Shown here piece after piece: positions 1 through 21,456 of a DNA stretch of 64,000 nt. Under the pieces are notes generated by a model. That model was not told the DNA's origin. It saw nothing but the letters and a program-made list of their open reading frames with translations, and made no database searches. Source of the stretch: the human T2T-CHM13v2.0 reference genome, Homo sapiens. How positions within the stretch are numbered: the first letter of the stretch is position 1; each line of letters opens with the position of its first letter. Location of the stretch: NCBI RefSeq assembly GCF_009914755.1, contig NC_060929.1, one strand, 5' to 3'. Both the position numbers and the translations under genes were made by a program.

Positions 1-186
1 GAAGGTCTACAGCTTCACTCCTGAAGCCAGCGAGACCATGAACCCACTGGGAGGAATGAACAACTCTGGACGGGAGAAACGAACAATTCTAGACGTGCTG
101 CCTTAAGAGCTGTAACACTCACCGTGAGAGCCCGCAGCTTCATTCTCGAAGTCAGTGAAACCAAGAACCCACCAATTCTGGACACA
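1..186 (+). mobile_element. LTR12 (ERV9) LTR, 3' end; continues left of the window
   Basis: Typical LTR12 U5 repeats (GCTTCACTCCTGAAGCCAGCGAGACC, GCTGTAACACTCACC) and terminus CCAATTCTGGACACA; followed directly by the 5' remnant of a minus-strand Alu (187-220). Confidence 0.9.
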
Positions 187-220
187 CTAGGATTATAGGC
201 GTGAACCTCTGCACCCAGCC

Positions 221-425
221 CTACTTTTCTTTTAAGAGTTTTGTAGTTTTAGTTCTTACATTCAGTTCTTTGATCCATTTTGAACTAATATTTGTATATG
301 CTATGAAGTAGGGACCCAACTCCATTCTTTTGCATGTAGGTAACCAGTTGTTCCTGCACCATTTGTTGAATAGACTATTCTTTTTCCAATGAATTATTTT
401 GGTACTTGGTTAAAAATTAATTGAT
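221..425 (-). mobile_element. Old L1 (L1M) fragment
   Basis: Antisense L1 ORF2-type sequence (GATCCATTTTGA, CACCATTTGTTGAATAGACT). Confidence 0.75.
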
Positions 426-667
426 GATAACTCTCAGGAGTTATTCCTAATGTTAATAATGATCAGAATTTTTACTGGCTCCTGGTTTATATCAAGAACC
501 TTTGCTCCTTTCCCTTTGAGCACGTCTGTTTCAGAGATCATTCCAGGATCTCAAATTTGTGATCTTGATTAACACAACAATGAACACCCTAAGGGGCCAG
601 AAGGGCACTCCAAGTGTGATTAGATAAGGGTGTGTGGGTAAATAACTTTGTAAACTTTCCTAATTTA

Positions 668-1031
<364 letters not shown>

Positions 1032-2257
1032 TTAAAAAGTTGTCAATGGAACTATGCATTAGAGGGAATAATTGTAAAATGCTTTATAGATATAAAGAAG
1101 GCAAACATCAATGCTTTGGCAAGAGTTGGACTAGGATGTCAAAAGCAAGCTTTGCTGTGTGATTAATTAGCTGGGTAACCTTGTGTAATCACTGAAACTC
1201 TCCCAGTCTCAATTTCCTGGTCTATTTAATGTAGGTAATGATGTGAAGTCTAATGACCTTTCTGGGTTATTGTGAGATTGAAGCAATGTAGTAGGTGTAA
1301 AAGTGGTTTGGAACACTTAACTTGTTATTCTGGGCATTGTAAAGGATTCATAGAGAATTGCTTGCTTTCATTCTAAAAATTGCCTTTGAATTGTTTATAA
1401 TGCCGGATTGATTCCTTCCATTGGGGCTAGCCCCAGGTAATGTTTACCACAATAAAACATTAACATGAGATTTTTCACCTCTTACCTGGGTAAGGACCAG
1501 AGCCTGATACTTGGCTCAAAGAAAGTATTTATACAGGGTTTAATAACAACCAGGCCCTCAGGGAATTCTCTATAAATAGTTTTGGTGCTGGGATAGAATG
1601 TGACCAGGAAGAATATTAACCATAGTCTTTCTTTTATTGGTCAGTTACAGTGTAGAGGAAGTATGTTAAAAAAACCCAAAATCTCAGATGACCTTATTCA
1701 CATTGTGGTGGAGCTGGAAGACCACCTCTCCTCCTGTCCCAGGCAGTCATGGGGAGGAAGATGGTCTGCCCAAGGGAATCCTAATTTGAGGGGAAGAGGA
1801 CAGTGAATCAAATAAACTAACCATAGTAGTCCATAGCACCTACTCCATTGTTGAAGAAGATACGTTGGCAAATTATGAAGTATTTAAAGACCTTTCTTGA
1901 CATCCTTGTGGGTTGGTTAAGACGAAACTGCCTCTGACAATTAATGTTAATATTTGGGAGATGCAAATATGACTCAACAAGTATTGACAGGCCATGATAG
2001 AATAAAGATCTTTAACTGTCACCTACCATGTTAGAGAGACACCAAAGAGGACCAGACACCTGGAGTACCAACAATTCCCCCTGCCAATTTTCTCAGTGTT
2101 ATTCTAGACTAACTCACACTTGGATATTTTTCCCCTGTGGGGAACACATTTCACCTGGTGGAGGAAGAGGGCTGGCATGGGGCAAGAAAATCCCATGTGA
2201 AGAAGGGTGGAATTTTGCAGAGAGGAAGGCAGTGCTCTCATATAAGAATATGAGGAT

Positions 2258-2600
<343 letters not shown>

Positions 2601-2860
2601 GAATATGACGATCAAGAAATAAGGTTAAGATCTTAGGGCTCCCAAAAGGAAACTCCCCTTATGAAAGGTTTAAACTTTCAGGTGCTTTCCCTGTAAAGTT
2701 ATACTTTCTATATAGTTTTAAAGTATTTCCCCATAGTCTGCAATTCCCCTTAGCTTCCTCCAACAACCTCTCAGTAAAATGTGATACACAGCTACTTACT
2801 AGCTGTGCCTCAGTTTCCAGTTTCCTTATCTGTAAATTGGAGATAATACCTTCTTCATAG

Positions 2861-3419
2861 TGTTAACAGTGGAGGGTCTTGACTACAAGTTGTCATCCAG
2901 GTTCTTGGCGTTTTGAACAAAGAATTGAACAAAATGCACAAACAAAACAATGAAAGAATGAAGCAATGGAAACACAGATTTATTGAAATGAAAGTACACT
3001 CCACTGAGTGGGAATAAGCAAGCAGCTCAAGAGCACTGGTTACAGAATTTTCTGGGGTTTAAATACCCTCTAGAGGTTTCCCACTGGTTACTTGGTTTAC
3101 ACCAATGTAAATGAAGTACTGGCCTGTGAGCAGTCTGATTGTTTGTGGAAGGTGACCAATCAGAAGCTGAATTGAAGTTACAAAGTTACACCCCTACGCA
3201 AATGAAGACTAGGCCTGCAACCAGTCTGATTGGTTGCAGGAGGGGACCAGTCAGAGGTACTTTCAATTTTTCATCTGCAAGGCAGTGCAAAAGGAGTAGC
3301 CTTTGATCCTTTTGTTACTTGAGACTAGAAAGGTGGAGTTTTCCTTTTGATTCAGTTCTAGGAAGTCAGCTCAAATGGGCCTTAGGTTCCCTGCCTCCAG
3401 ACCCTATTCTCCTGCCTAA
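2861..3419 (-). mobile_element. MER51 (ERV1) solo LTR inserted in a MIR
   Basis: Reverse strand begins ..AGGCAGGAGAATAGGGTCTGGAGGCAGGGAACCTAAGGCC; CCAAT and octamer-like repeats; TSD ATAG/ACAG; MIR sequence on both flanks. Confidence 0.85.
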
Positions 3420-3754
3420 ACAGGGTTGTCTTGAGGATTTAATGAATTACTGCATGTTAAATGTGCTAATAAATGTGAGTTAAGTTAGAACACTCACCAG
3501 TGCCTGGCACAGAAAAGTGCTCAGTGTGTGCTAACTGTTGTTGCAGCTGTTAACCACAACACCTTCCCCTCTTCTTCCTCTTCAGGAAGGTCTTTCAGAT
3601 ATTGAGCTATCTTCGGGTATCTTCCTCAAGGCCTTTCAGATATTGAGAGAAGCCAGGGCCACTTCCATTTTTTGAGGCTACTTATAAGAAAAAATAAGGA
3701 AATTACAAAATAAGACTTCAAAATGTTGTGGTATGCTTTAAAAACATTTACATA

Positions 3755-4069
<315 letters not shown>

Positions 4070-4289
4070 TTAATACTTTGCAACACAAAAAGATACAAGG
4101 AATAAATAAAACTGTGCTATTTGCAGGGTATTTACACAGTGTACAAATTGCTTACTCTGAACACTGTAGCTCAGGGATTAGATACAACCTTAAAGCTAAA
4201 CATCAACATCTTCCAGTTCTGTCAGCCTTTCTATCTTTGTATATAACCTCTTTTGGAAATAACTTTATTTTTTATTCATTTATTTATTT

Positions 4290-4598
<309 letters not shown>

Positions 4599-4651
4599 TG
4601 GAAATAACTTTAAAGGGAACTTTTTAGTCTTTTCATGAATGAGATGCCAGA

Positions 4652-4871
4652 TCTTTTTTTTTTTTTTTTTTTTTTTTTCTGAGACAGGGTCTCACTCTGT
4701 TGCCCAGGCTGGATTTCAGGGGTGCAGTCACAGCTCACCACAGCCTAGAACTCCTGGGCTTAAGGGATCCTCCCACCTCAGCCTCCTGAGTGGCTGGGAC
4801 TACATGTGCATGCCACCCACCTCGACCTCCCAAAGTGCTGGGATTATAGGAGTGAGCCACTGCTTCTGGCC
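4652..4871 (-). mobile_element. Internally deleted AluJ-type element
   Basis: Right arm joined directly to the 5' part of the left arm; linker absent. Confidence 0.85.
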
Positions 4872-5599
4872 GAACTCTTTTGTACCCCTCCACACAGATT
4901 GATAAAGGGAAATCAGAGGCCCCGCTCCTCAGACCCGTCCACACCACCTTTGCAGAGGGAGGAGTGGCCAGAGAATAAGCAGCTTGAAGGGGCAGTGTCA
5001 AGATGATTCTGGAAGGGGCAAACTCTTTTCCTAATATTCATGAGGAAGATAAAAATCTGGAGGGTTAGAAATGCTGACATTCTAGTAGTTTGAGTAATGC
5101 CTGGTTGTAGAATATTGCAGGAGAGCTGAGCTTGAGTTTCCTGGGCTGAACCTTTCATTTTTATCTGTTTTGATGGAAATCTTTCTAAAATGGAGCTACT
5201 TCCATGTATTATTAAAAAGAGCATAGTGAAAATGAAAAACAAAACCAAAGCATACTCTCCAAATGAAAATGATTGATATTCTATTTGAGATACCATGTGC
5301 ATGTGAATCATGTCTGAGTAGTTTCATTTTATGTAGAGAAGCATCTAGAAACTCACAGCGGAAGATAAGGATGCACACATATTTTCCCGCTCTGTGCTTC
5401 CTTCACATTTTCACGTCAGTGTCATAACTCAAAATTTGTCATCATGAGGATAGAGAAGCTTTGGTATTCATTGCTATAAAAACAAACTTGCAGAATAAAT
5501 GTGACTATAAGCACTTCTGTTGGATGAGGGCCATTCTTAAGTGGGGTTTTTTGTTTGTTTTTTGTTTTTGTTTTTTGTCTTTCAAAAATAAAGAGCACC

Positions 5600-6016
<417 letters not shown>

Positions 6017-6871
6017 TCAAGCACTAATAGAAGACAAGGCAAAGTAAGCTCCTAAAACAAACAAAGAAAACTAAAGGGTTTTTTCCAGATTGAGGCTCCC
6101 TCTTGACTCAAGGATCTGCCGCTATTTCATTCTTTTTTGGGCTCTAGATGCAGAAAGGGGTAAGGGAAAGGACATACACGTTATAGACCAAAATCCTGGG
6201 TGCTGGTCTATCTCAGGTCCTCACCAGCTTGTGGTTTTAGGCATCTGAGTCTTAGATTCCCTATATGTAAAATGTGGATGACCCATTTTTCCCCTGCTCC
6301 AGGAATGTTATAAAAATGAAATGCAATAGAGATTTTTAACTATAAATATAGACGGATAATGTTGCCTAGGGCCCGCCCTGGAACCTCGCTGGTTCTCTAC
6401 AAAGGGTAACTTCTATTACTTGTTAGCCATGCTTTATTTCTAATTTTGCTCCTTTAGTACATTAGTCTTCCCTATTTTCATCTCAGTGGTTTTGCCTTTG
6501 CCCAAAGGGATGCATGACATAATCACCCATCTATCTGTCTGTTCATTTATTCATTAATTCATTTATAAACATTTTATTATGGAAAACTTTACATAAACAT
6601 AAAAGTAGAGAGAATGGTATAACAGACCCCGAGGTACCCATCACCCTGACACAACCACTAACTCATTGCTGCTTTTATTTCACCTATACTCCCTCTGTCT
6701 CCTTCCCTACTGGATTAGTTTGAAATATATTCCTGACATCGAATCATCCACGTAAATGTATCAATATATATCTCTAAATGATGACGACTGGTTTAAAAAA
6801 CATAACTGCAATGCCATTATCAATCTAAAAATATCAATAATTCCTTAGTATTGTAAAACAATCCAGAATCA

Positions 6872-7422
<551 letters not shown>

Positions 7423-7470
7423 TTAATTGGGATTCATACAAGGCCCACATCTAGCATTTGGTTTATATAG

Positions 7471-7965
<495 letters not shown>

Positions 7966-8011
7966 TAAACTGGTATTTAGTTCTGAATACTTGATTTGAT
8001 TCACACTCTTG

Positions 8012-8314
<303 letters not shown>

Positions 8315-8352
8315 TCACATTCTAGTTTTTGACAAGACTATTTTGTGGGTGG

Positions 8353-8739
8353 TGTTATGGGCTGAATTGTACCCCTGCAAAATTCATATGTTGAGGTTCT
8401 ATCCCCAGTACCTTGGACTGTGACTGTATTTGAAGATGAGGTTTTTTAAGAGGTAATTTGATTAAAATGTAGTCATTAGGATAGGCCCTACTCCCATATG
8501 ACTGGTGTCCTTTTCAGAAGAGGAAATCTGGCCACAGACAGTTACAAAGGGAAGGCCACATGAAGACACAGGGAGAAGATGACCGTCTGTAAGCCAAGGG
8601 CAGAGGCCTCAGAAGAAATCCACCCTGGCGATGCCTTGATCTTGGACTTTTAGCCTCCAGAACTGGAGAAAATGAATTTCTGTTGTTTAAGCCACCTAGT
8701 CTGTGGCACTGTGTTACAGCAGCCCTAGAAACTAGTACA
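8353..8739 (+). mobile_element. MLT1B-like MaLR solo LTR
   Basis: TGTTATGGGCTGAATTGT start, CTAGTACA end, perfect 5-bp TSD GGTGG. Confidence 0.9.
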
Positions 8740-8873
8740 GGTGGTGATGGGAATGTCCATTAGGAGGCACACAGTGTGGGATGTCTCTTTCTATGGTAAC
8801 ATTGGCTGCCATTGATCATTGTGTCCTAGATCCATTATCTCATTTGGAGTTTGCAAAAGTAGTCAGGTTCTAA

Positions 8874-9185
<312 letters not shown>

Positions 9186-9550
9186 GTCATGCTCTAATTC
9201 TATCATTCCTTTTCATTCCTTTTAGCTGGAATTCTTTTCTAAAGATGACTTTTTTCACTCATCAATTATTTAGAAATTCTGAGAACAAGGATAAATACTT
9301 GATTCTGTCTCTTTATTTACAGGTATTCAGAATAATGAGTTGGTTCCCAAGTATCTTTCAAAAGTGAGTAGTTTTGTTTTTTTTTTTTTTAATGAACTCA
9401 TGACATTTAATACATTTGACCTGTTTCAATTAATTAGTTATTGCTCTTTTGGATATTCACATTATCCCAGTTTTGGCCACGGGAGCTTTTTCACCATAGC
9501 TGCTGAGTCCTTCTGATACAACACAAGTCTTCTTTAATATTGCTTCCTTA

Positions 9551-9931
<381 letters not shown>

Positions 9932-9971
9932 TCATCTTTATTTTGGGCAGGCCCCAACATTAGTCAATCAT

Positions 9972-10618
<647 letters not shown>

Positions 10619-10863
10619 TAAGGAAATGGTATCTAAATACCACAATCTGGGTATTAGCAGTGCTCATTTCTTTTGGGTTTACTATTACTTCTAGGACTTT
10701 TTCATTGACAGAGCTTGGAAATACTTTTTATTTTTAAGAGGAAAGGCAAGAGCTTGTAATAATTCAAAATTTATCATTACAGGATATTAATTCTTTGATT
10801 TTTTATTTGTATTTTTTTCTCCTATTCTGAAAATCTTGGTTCTTAACATTAACAATGGCTTAT

Positions 10864-11141
10864 GGCAGGGCAGAGTGGCTCACACCTGTAATTTCAGCAC
10901 TTTGGGAGCCTGAACGGGGAGGATCGCTTGAGCTCAGGAGTTTGAGACCAGCCTGGGCAACATGACAAGACTGCATCTCTACAAAAAATACAAAAATTAG
11001 CTGGGCATGGTGGTGCACACCTGTAGTGGCAGCTACTTGGGTGGCTGAGATGGAAAAATCATTTGAGCCTGATAGGTGGAGGTTGCAGTGAGCTATGATG
11101 AAGCCACTGAACTCCAGCCTAGATGACAGAGCAAAAAAAAA
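10864..11141 (+). mobile_element. AluJ
   Basis: Diverged dimer with GGATCGCTTGAG, AGCTATGAT. Confidence 0.9.
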
Positions 11142-11630
11142 TTTTTAAACCCCAGAAAACAAACAAACAAAAATGACATACTTGCTTTCTCCTGCAATGA
11201 GCATAACAGCTTCAGAATAATAATAGCAAAATTATTACTAACAATATAATTACTGAAAATAGTTTAAGATTATTTTTGTAGTTCTTTCTTTCCTTCGAGA
11301 TATTCCACTGGGGATATGTAGTCAGATTACTAAAGCCATGTGAAATAATTCCTTTCAAAGTACTGTTAGTTTTTGTAAACTAATAGTTTTGTGAAATAAA
11401 AGGGAGTACTTCTATTTTTATTAGCTAATCACTTAAACGATATGGTTGAAAGTCAAATCTATGAAATAAATTATATTAAGAAGACAAGTTTCTCACCTTA
11501 TCCCCTCTACCCGTTCCCCCTTCCTCAATGAATAAAACTCTGTTTCAAATATATATAAGCATATTATACATATGTGTGTGTAGGTTCATGTAATATACAT
11601 ACAAGTGCATACATATCTGTGTACATATCT

Positions 11631-11922
<292 letters not shown>

Positions 11923-12213
11923 TCAAGTGCATATGCATGTAAACAGTAGCTTACTAAAAATATTTTTCTCTGCTTTGCTTTCTCACTCATTATTATACCT
12001 TAGATACCACTTCACAGCATTTTTACAACTCCATTGCAGGCATGTACTATTATTTATTCAGCTAAGTTTATTCAGTTTCCAGTCGTTTGCTATTCTTATT
12101 AATGCCAACTTATACTTGGCATAGTATATGTGCAGCTTTTCCTATTTCTGTGAGTGTATTTTTGGGACAGACACTTGGGTTTCTGGGTCAAAAAGAAAAT
12201 GCAAAGGAAAAAA

Positions 12214-12528
12214 CTTTTTTTTTTTTTTTTTTTTTTGAGACAGAGTCTTACTCTGTCCTCCAGGCTGGAGTTTCTCCCAGGTTCAAGAGATTCTTGTGCC
12301 TCAGCCTCCTGAGTAGCTGGGACTACAGGCATGTGCCACCATGCCCAGCTAATTATTTTATTTTTAGTAGAGATGGGGTTTTACCGTGTCCAGCTAATTT
12401 TTGTATTTTTAATAGAGATGGGGTTTCATCATGTTGGCCAAGCTGGTCTCAAACTCCTGGTCACAATTGATCTGCCCACCTTGCCCTCCCAAAATGCTGG
12501 GTTACAGGTGTGAACCACCGTGCCCAGC
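12214..12528 (-). mobile_element. Alu with an internal deletion and duplicated linker
   Basis: Linker plus GAGATGGGGTTT occurs twice; TSD TGCAAAGGAAA. Confidence 0.9.
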
Positions 12529-13108
12529 TGCAAAGGAAACTTTTATAAATCTTCCCAATCTCTTCTATAAGAATTGTACCCTTTTGCCTTCCTGCCATCG
12601 ACAAATGGAAAGATCTCTTTCAGAATACCATCACAGAACACATTGTCAATCTTTTGGATTTTTTTGCCCATCCAATAGATGAGAAATGGTATCTTATCAT
12701 GGCTTTACACCACATTTCTCTCCTTATGAGCAAGATTGATTTTTTCATGTGTTTAAAAGTCATTCACGTTTGTCTTTTTTATGACCTGTGTTCATGTCTC
12801 TCATCTATTTTGCTGTAGAGTTGGTCTTTTCTCTATATTTAGCTCTTTCTTTGTGAATGATTAGCAAACTGGGGTCCATCATTAACAACTGTGTTGGACG
12901 CCTTTCCTGGCTGCTCCCTTCTGTGGTCTCCAGGCCTCTCAGGTCCCTGCTGCCATCCTGTTCAGTCCTTAGGCCTTTAGAACAACACTAAGCTGTGCAC
13001 TTCCTGCAACTGTGCTTTTGTCCTCACAGGCCAGGTGGTGGGAGCACAGCAAGAGAAACAAAAACAGCAGGTGTTCTCCCCACGTTGTTGGGACTATAGC
13101 CCCTGTGA

Positions 13109-13545
<437 letters not shown>

Positions 13546-13879
13546 GTGAAAAGAAAAATGTTAGTTCTGCTTAGCATTAGGCATTCCCTTTCTCTCTCCT
13601 GAAGCAGAAACTGGAGGGATTCTCCTGCCTCACGCCTTCTCTGTGTCCAGTGCCCAACTTTGGGCATCAGGATGTCTTGAAATCAGAACAACAACAAAAA
13701 GGGAAATTCACAGCTGGTTCAGTGGTATTTCAGATTGTGGTCTTCTCCATTCTGCCTTCTAGCGCTTAAATTAAGAAAGCTCCATGACTTCTGCCTAGGT
13801 TTTATAGCTACATTCACGGGGAGAGACAGGATGGAATGTGCTTACATGGTCTTACCTGGAACCGGAACTGCTGCCTCAA

Positions 13880-14260
13880 GGATTTTGCACTTATTTTCTT
13901 CCCTGCTTGAAATAATTTTCACATAGATCATTGATTATCAAACTCCTACTCATATTTCAAGTTTTACCTCAAATGTCACCTGCCCGGAGAATCCTTTCTT
14001 GACTGCCCTCCTTAAAGTGGCCTTCTTAAACCCACACACCCCTGGCTACATCATGCCGTTATATTGTCTTCATAGCATCCAGCACTGCTTTAAATTATCT
14101 TGTATGTGTGTGTCTTGCTTCATGGCTGTTCTCCCCCTAACCTCCACCCTCTCCTCCCTGAAGGCAAGCACCTATCTTGCTAATTACTTTCTTACCTGTG
14201 TTTAGAACATTGACAGGTAGAGAGTGCCCAGTAAAATACATGTTGAGTAAAGGAATGGAA
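13880..14260 (+). mobile_element. L2 3' end fragment
   Basis: CTCAAATGTCACC motif and terminal AAATACATGTTGAGTAAAGGAATG. Confidence 0.6.
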
Positions 14261-14269
14261 AGCAATTAA

Positions 14270-14430
14270 AGCTGGGCATGGTAGCTCAAGCCTGTAATCT
14301 CAGCACTTTCGGAGGCTGAGCAGGAGCATCCTTTGAGCCCAGGAATTGGAGACCAGCAATATACCTGCAATACCAGCAATACCTGGGCAATAGAGTGAGA
14401 CCTCGTCTTTACGAAAACTAAATAAATTAA
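14270..14430 (+). mobile_element. FLAM / Alu left monomer
   Basis: Single monomer with a short internal tandem duplication (ACCAGCAATA repeated). Confidence 0.85.
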
Positions 14431-15957
14431 ATTAAAGAATTAAACAGCATTTGAGTAAAATAATATTTGTTGGCTAATGTCTGAAGGAGACAATTTTACT
14501 GCAGATGAGGCCACAGACATGGGACAGCAAGTCTAGGCAGTGCCGTTCATGAGACAGGGATGGCTGGAGGGGTGGTCTTATGGCGCAGGAGTGAGAATCC
14601 GAGACTGTGGCCCCTGTCCTGGCTTTGCCACTAAATTGTTCTGAGATTCTGGAAAATCACTTCGTCTCTTTGGGCCTTAATCTCCTCGACTGAGAAATAC
14701 TAGAATGAGATTTTTTAAGCCATAAAGTCCTTTCAACTTCAGCACCTTAGGCTTCTCAAGCATTTAAGTCAACTTAAATGCTTTTCAGTTTAGTTACAGA
14801 ATCCAGAAGGATTAGTTATGCCAGAAGAACCTGTCTCTGCAATACGAAATCTTCTTTTGGCAAGAAAGGGAATGAGATAATTATAGCAAGTGTTCTCCTT
14901 AGATCCTGACATTAAAAGGACCTGCTTGCTCCCAGGAGTATACATCTATTTTAACAATTATTTTTTTCTTCTCCAATTTCATGTATAACATCGACGCAGA
15001 ATATAAGACCCCATTTACGTACTGTAGTGTCTTTTGGCTTTGGGAGCTGTTAGGTGGGTCATTTTCCAGATTCCCCATATACACAGCACACAGAGAAAGA
15101 GGGCGTTGCTTGAAATTTTTGGCACCACCAACCCATCTCCTCCCTCAAACATTTTTCCCGGCACTGACACTCTGGTTGGGTCTGGAGTATCAGAGTCACA
15201 CCTCTGCTTCCCAGTGTAATGGGTATGGACACAGAGATCCTATTATTTTTAGTTTGCTGCGGACATCATGGGCCCCTCCAATTGGTGTAAACATTTTGAT
15301 TTCGACTAAGTTCTCCAGGAGATGTATTTAGGAGACACACAGGCCAGATCCAAACATGCTGAGGCACCTGGAAGGCTGCTTCAGGAATGTGGTAGTGTAT
15401 AAATAAATTGCTCTGCTATTTCTTCTGTCTACAGTTAATATGTGAATCATATTCAAGTTATTTGCCACAATGGAATGAATAGCCTTTTTCAGCAAAGTTA
15501 GAAAGAGCCCTTTTCTCCCTTTCCCTGGTTTCCCTCACATTTTTTTCTGTTTATCTGTGCCTGAATAGTCACTTACCTGTTTATCTTTTATCTGGGCCTG
15601 GATAGCCATTCACTCACAGGACATTTGCGATGTTCTAGTTACTGTCTAGCCCATGAGATGAATCTACATTCAAGAAGAGCTTTTGCTTTTCTTCATAAAT
15701 ATTTTGACATTTTATTGCCAGTCAGTTCTTCCGTTGCTACATCTCTGAATCTCTGAGAATATAGTGCCAGTGGTTTCCTTAATATGAAGCTAATAAAATT
15801 GTCAAAGCATTTTTAAATGACCTGTGTAATTATAAGATAGCACTGCTGTTGGGCAGTGAGGTATAATTTGGTTTCGTTGTCACAGAGTATTCAAGTGAGA
15901 AAGTTTATACCCTGCATGTTCTATCTGGAAAGAATTACTTTTCATTACTTGTGTGGG

Positions 15958-16805
<848 letters not shown>

Positions 16806-17057
16806 TGAAGTGCATAATAATCACACTTTAAGTTTAGAGATGTTCATTACAGTGGTATTTGCCAAGCAAAACATTAAATATGATCTGATGATCTGATTAT
16901 AAAATAGAGAATTCATTAAATAAATTAGAAGAAAATTCAGTACAGCTATTACAATTATTTTAGAGTTGCAATAATATTAGAAGGTGCTTATCTTATTAAA
17001 TAGAAGAATTAGTTTACAGCAGCATATGATTTCAATTTCCTTTTTAAAATTATAAAT

Positions 17058-17726
<669 letters not shown>

Positions 17727-17756
17727 TGTGTGCGTGTGTTTTTTGAGGGGATGGCT

Positions 17757-17874
17757 AGAGATGGGGGTCTCACTGTGTTGCCTAGGCTGGTTTTGAACTC
17801 CTGGGCTCAAGCAATCTCCCTGCCTTAACCTCCCAAAGTGCTGGGATTATAGGTGTGAGGCACCATGCCCATCC
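17757..17874 (-). mobile_element. FLAM / Alu left monomer
   Basis: Antisense monomer. Confidence 0.85.
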
Positions 17875-18138
17875 TAAAACAAATAAATTGTAAATAAATA
17901 AATATATTTACCAGTATATAGTTTATATATGTATATATTTACCAACATGAAAGAAAATATAAATTTTCCATAAATATTAGTAATCAGTGTTTATCTTTAG
18001 GACTCTGGAGCTGGCCTGCATGGATACAAATCTTGGTTCTACCATTTGCTGGCTCTGTGAACTTTTTCAAATTTCATAACCTCTACATACCTCAATTTCC
18101 TCTCTGCACAATAGGGATGATAAAAATTGTACCTACCA

Positions 18139-18786
<648 letters not shown>

Positions 18787-18915
18787 CACAGGAAAAGTGC
18801 TAAAATAGTGCCTGGCACATAGTACACACAATATAAGTGTCGTTATAATTTCTAGTATTGTCCATATTATTAGCAATGAACATGTAGTTTTCTATGCCTA
18901 GAAAACAATTCAGTA

Positions 18916-19230
<315 letters not shown>

Positions 19231-19459
19231 TTAACCAAAAACATGCTGCATTATTGATGCAATCTTTACAGAAATGTATCCCCCTTGTATCATAAACGTT
19301 TTGGGTTAGCAGGAAATGACAATAAAATTAACATACTTTAGGTTTTTGTAATAAACTATTTAAAAGCTGTTAATAAGTTCACATTTTTTCTGTCCATTTA
19401 TTATCAAATATAAGCAGTGAATGAAGAGTTTCTCCTCCTGCAAAATTGTCAAACTTTTG

Positions 19460-19632
19460 CATTCATCAGAATCAACTGGGGTCTGATTAAAATACATATT
19501 GATTGCTGGGCTCTACCCCAGAGATCCTGATTCAGTAGATCTGGAGTGAGGCCTTAGAATTTGCATCTCTAAGAAGTTTCCAAGTGATGCTGCTGCTGCT
19601 GCTGGTTCAGGACCATACTTTGAGAACCACTG
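19460..19632. mobile_element. MER5A (hAT-Charlie MITE)
   Basis: ATCAGAATCA...GATTCAGTAG...TTTGAGAACCACTG terminus. Confidence 0.8.
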
Positions 19633-19827
19633 ACCTATAGCACCAAATGCAGAGATCGTAAGAAAAACCTGTGACAAGGAAATCAGCACCCTGGGATTTT
19701 GATCACTCCCAGCTGTATGATATTCTTTCTTCCTTCCATCCCTTTCTTCCTTCCACGAACATTCATGGGGCACCTACCATGGGCCGGGCATTGTGTTTGG
19801 TGCTGGGGATTAAAAGCTTTTGCTTAA

Positions 19828-19958
19828 GGCTGGGCATGGTGGCTCATGCCTGTAATCCTAGCACTTTGGGAGGCCAAGACGGGATGATGGGTTGAGGCCA
19901 GGAGTTCAAGACCAAACTGGCCAACATAGTAAGACCCCATCTCTAAAAAAAAAAAAAA
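19828..19958 (+). mobile_element. FLAM / Alu left monomer
   Basis: Single monomer with poly(A). Confidence 0.85.
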
Positions 19959-21006
19959 TTTAAATTTTTGCTAATTAGGGTCTTATGGTTATAAGGAATC
20001 TTAGGCAAGTTACTTAATCAGCTCTCCAATAGCTCAACCAGGAAATGAAGACTATAATCATAAATTTATTTTAATGGCAATTATTGAACATTTACTATGT
20101 CCCAGGCTCTATGAAAAGCAAAAAGAAAAAAAAAATTTATTTTTATAACGTTTTCAGTATGCAAAAAATATCCATAAACATAATCTCAATCAAGCTTCAC
20201 ACTAAACATTTGTAGTGGAAAAGACATGATTAACCCTGTTTCACAGATGAACCAACCAAAGAAAGCATGAAGAGACCAAGAGGTTTGCCTGAGCTGGAAA
20301 GCAGCCAAGAGGGACTTGAACTCCAGTCCTTGCTTCCTAATCCGAATTTTTTCGTCTATATACTTCATCAACTAAATTTTCTCTAAGTTTCCTTCTTGCT
20401 CTTTTAGTGACTTGGTGGTAAATATTTGTTGAATTAAATGGTGACCATTTTTACCTATGGTTTGAAAGCAGTGGATAATACTTTTAGATAAGCATAAGCA
20501 TTGGAAACGTATTTCACATCATTGGTAATGCAAGTCAGCAAGTATTTATTCAGTAGATAACATGTAATAGTGATGCACTTGATGTATTAAGGGCTGGAGA
20601 TTTTATATATATATGTATATATGTGTGTGTGTGAGATTTTGTTTTTGAAGGCTCTCAAAGTCTAGGAGGACAGATAAATAAATAAGAAATATAATGCTAC
20701 AATAAAATGTGGTAAGGACAATGACTGAAGAATGCAAGGGGGCTGCAGAGTGAGGACACAAACCCAGCCTGGGGAAAGGATTGGGGAGCTTTCCTAGGGA
20801 AGCTCATGGCTTAGCTGATTTGTGTGAGAGGAATAATTTGCATAGCAAAAGGAGTAGGGAGCAGGTGACCATGGTGGAGGGACTCTACATGCTAAGGCTG
20901 TGGCGGTGTAAAACAGCAGGGCATGTTCAGGGCATTGTAAGTTTTTTGATGGACCTGAACTATGATGTGTGACAGTACATAGTCTGGAGAGGTAGGGAGG
21001 GGCTAG

Positions 21007-21456
<450 letters not shown>

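Noticed and set aside
3590-3648. Direct repeat CTTTCAGATATTGAG x2
   Set aside because: Only two copies; a local duplication, not an array or CRISPR-like structure
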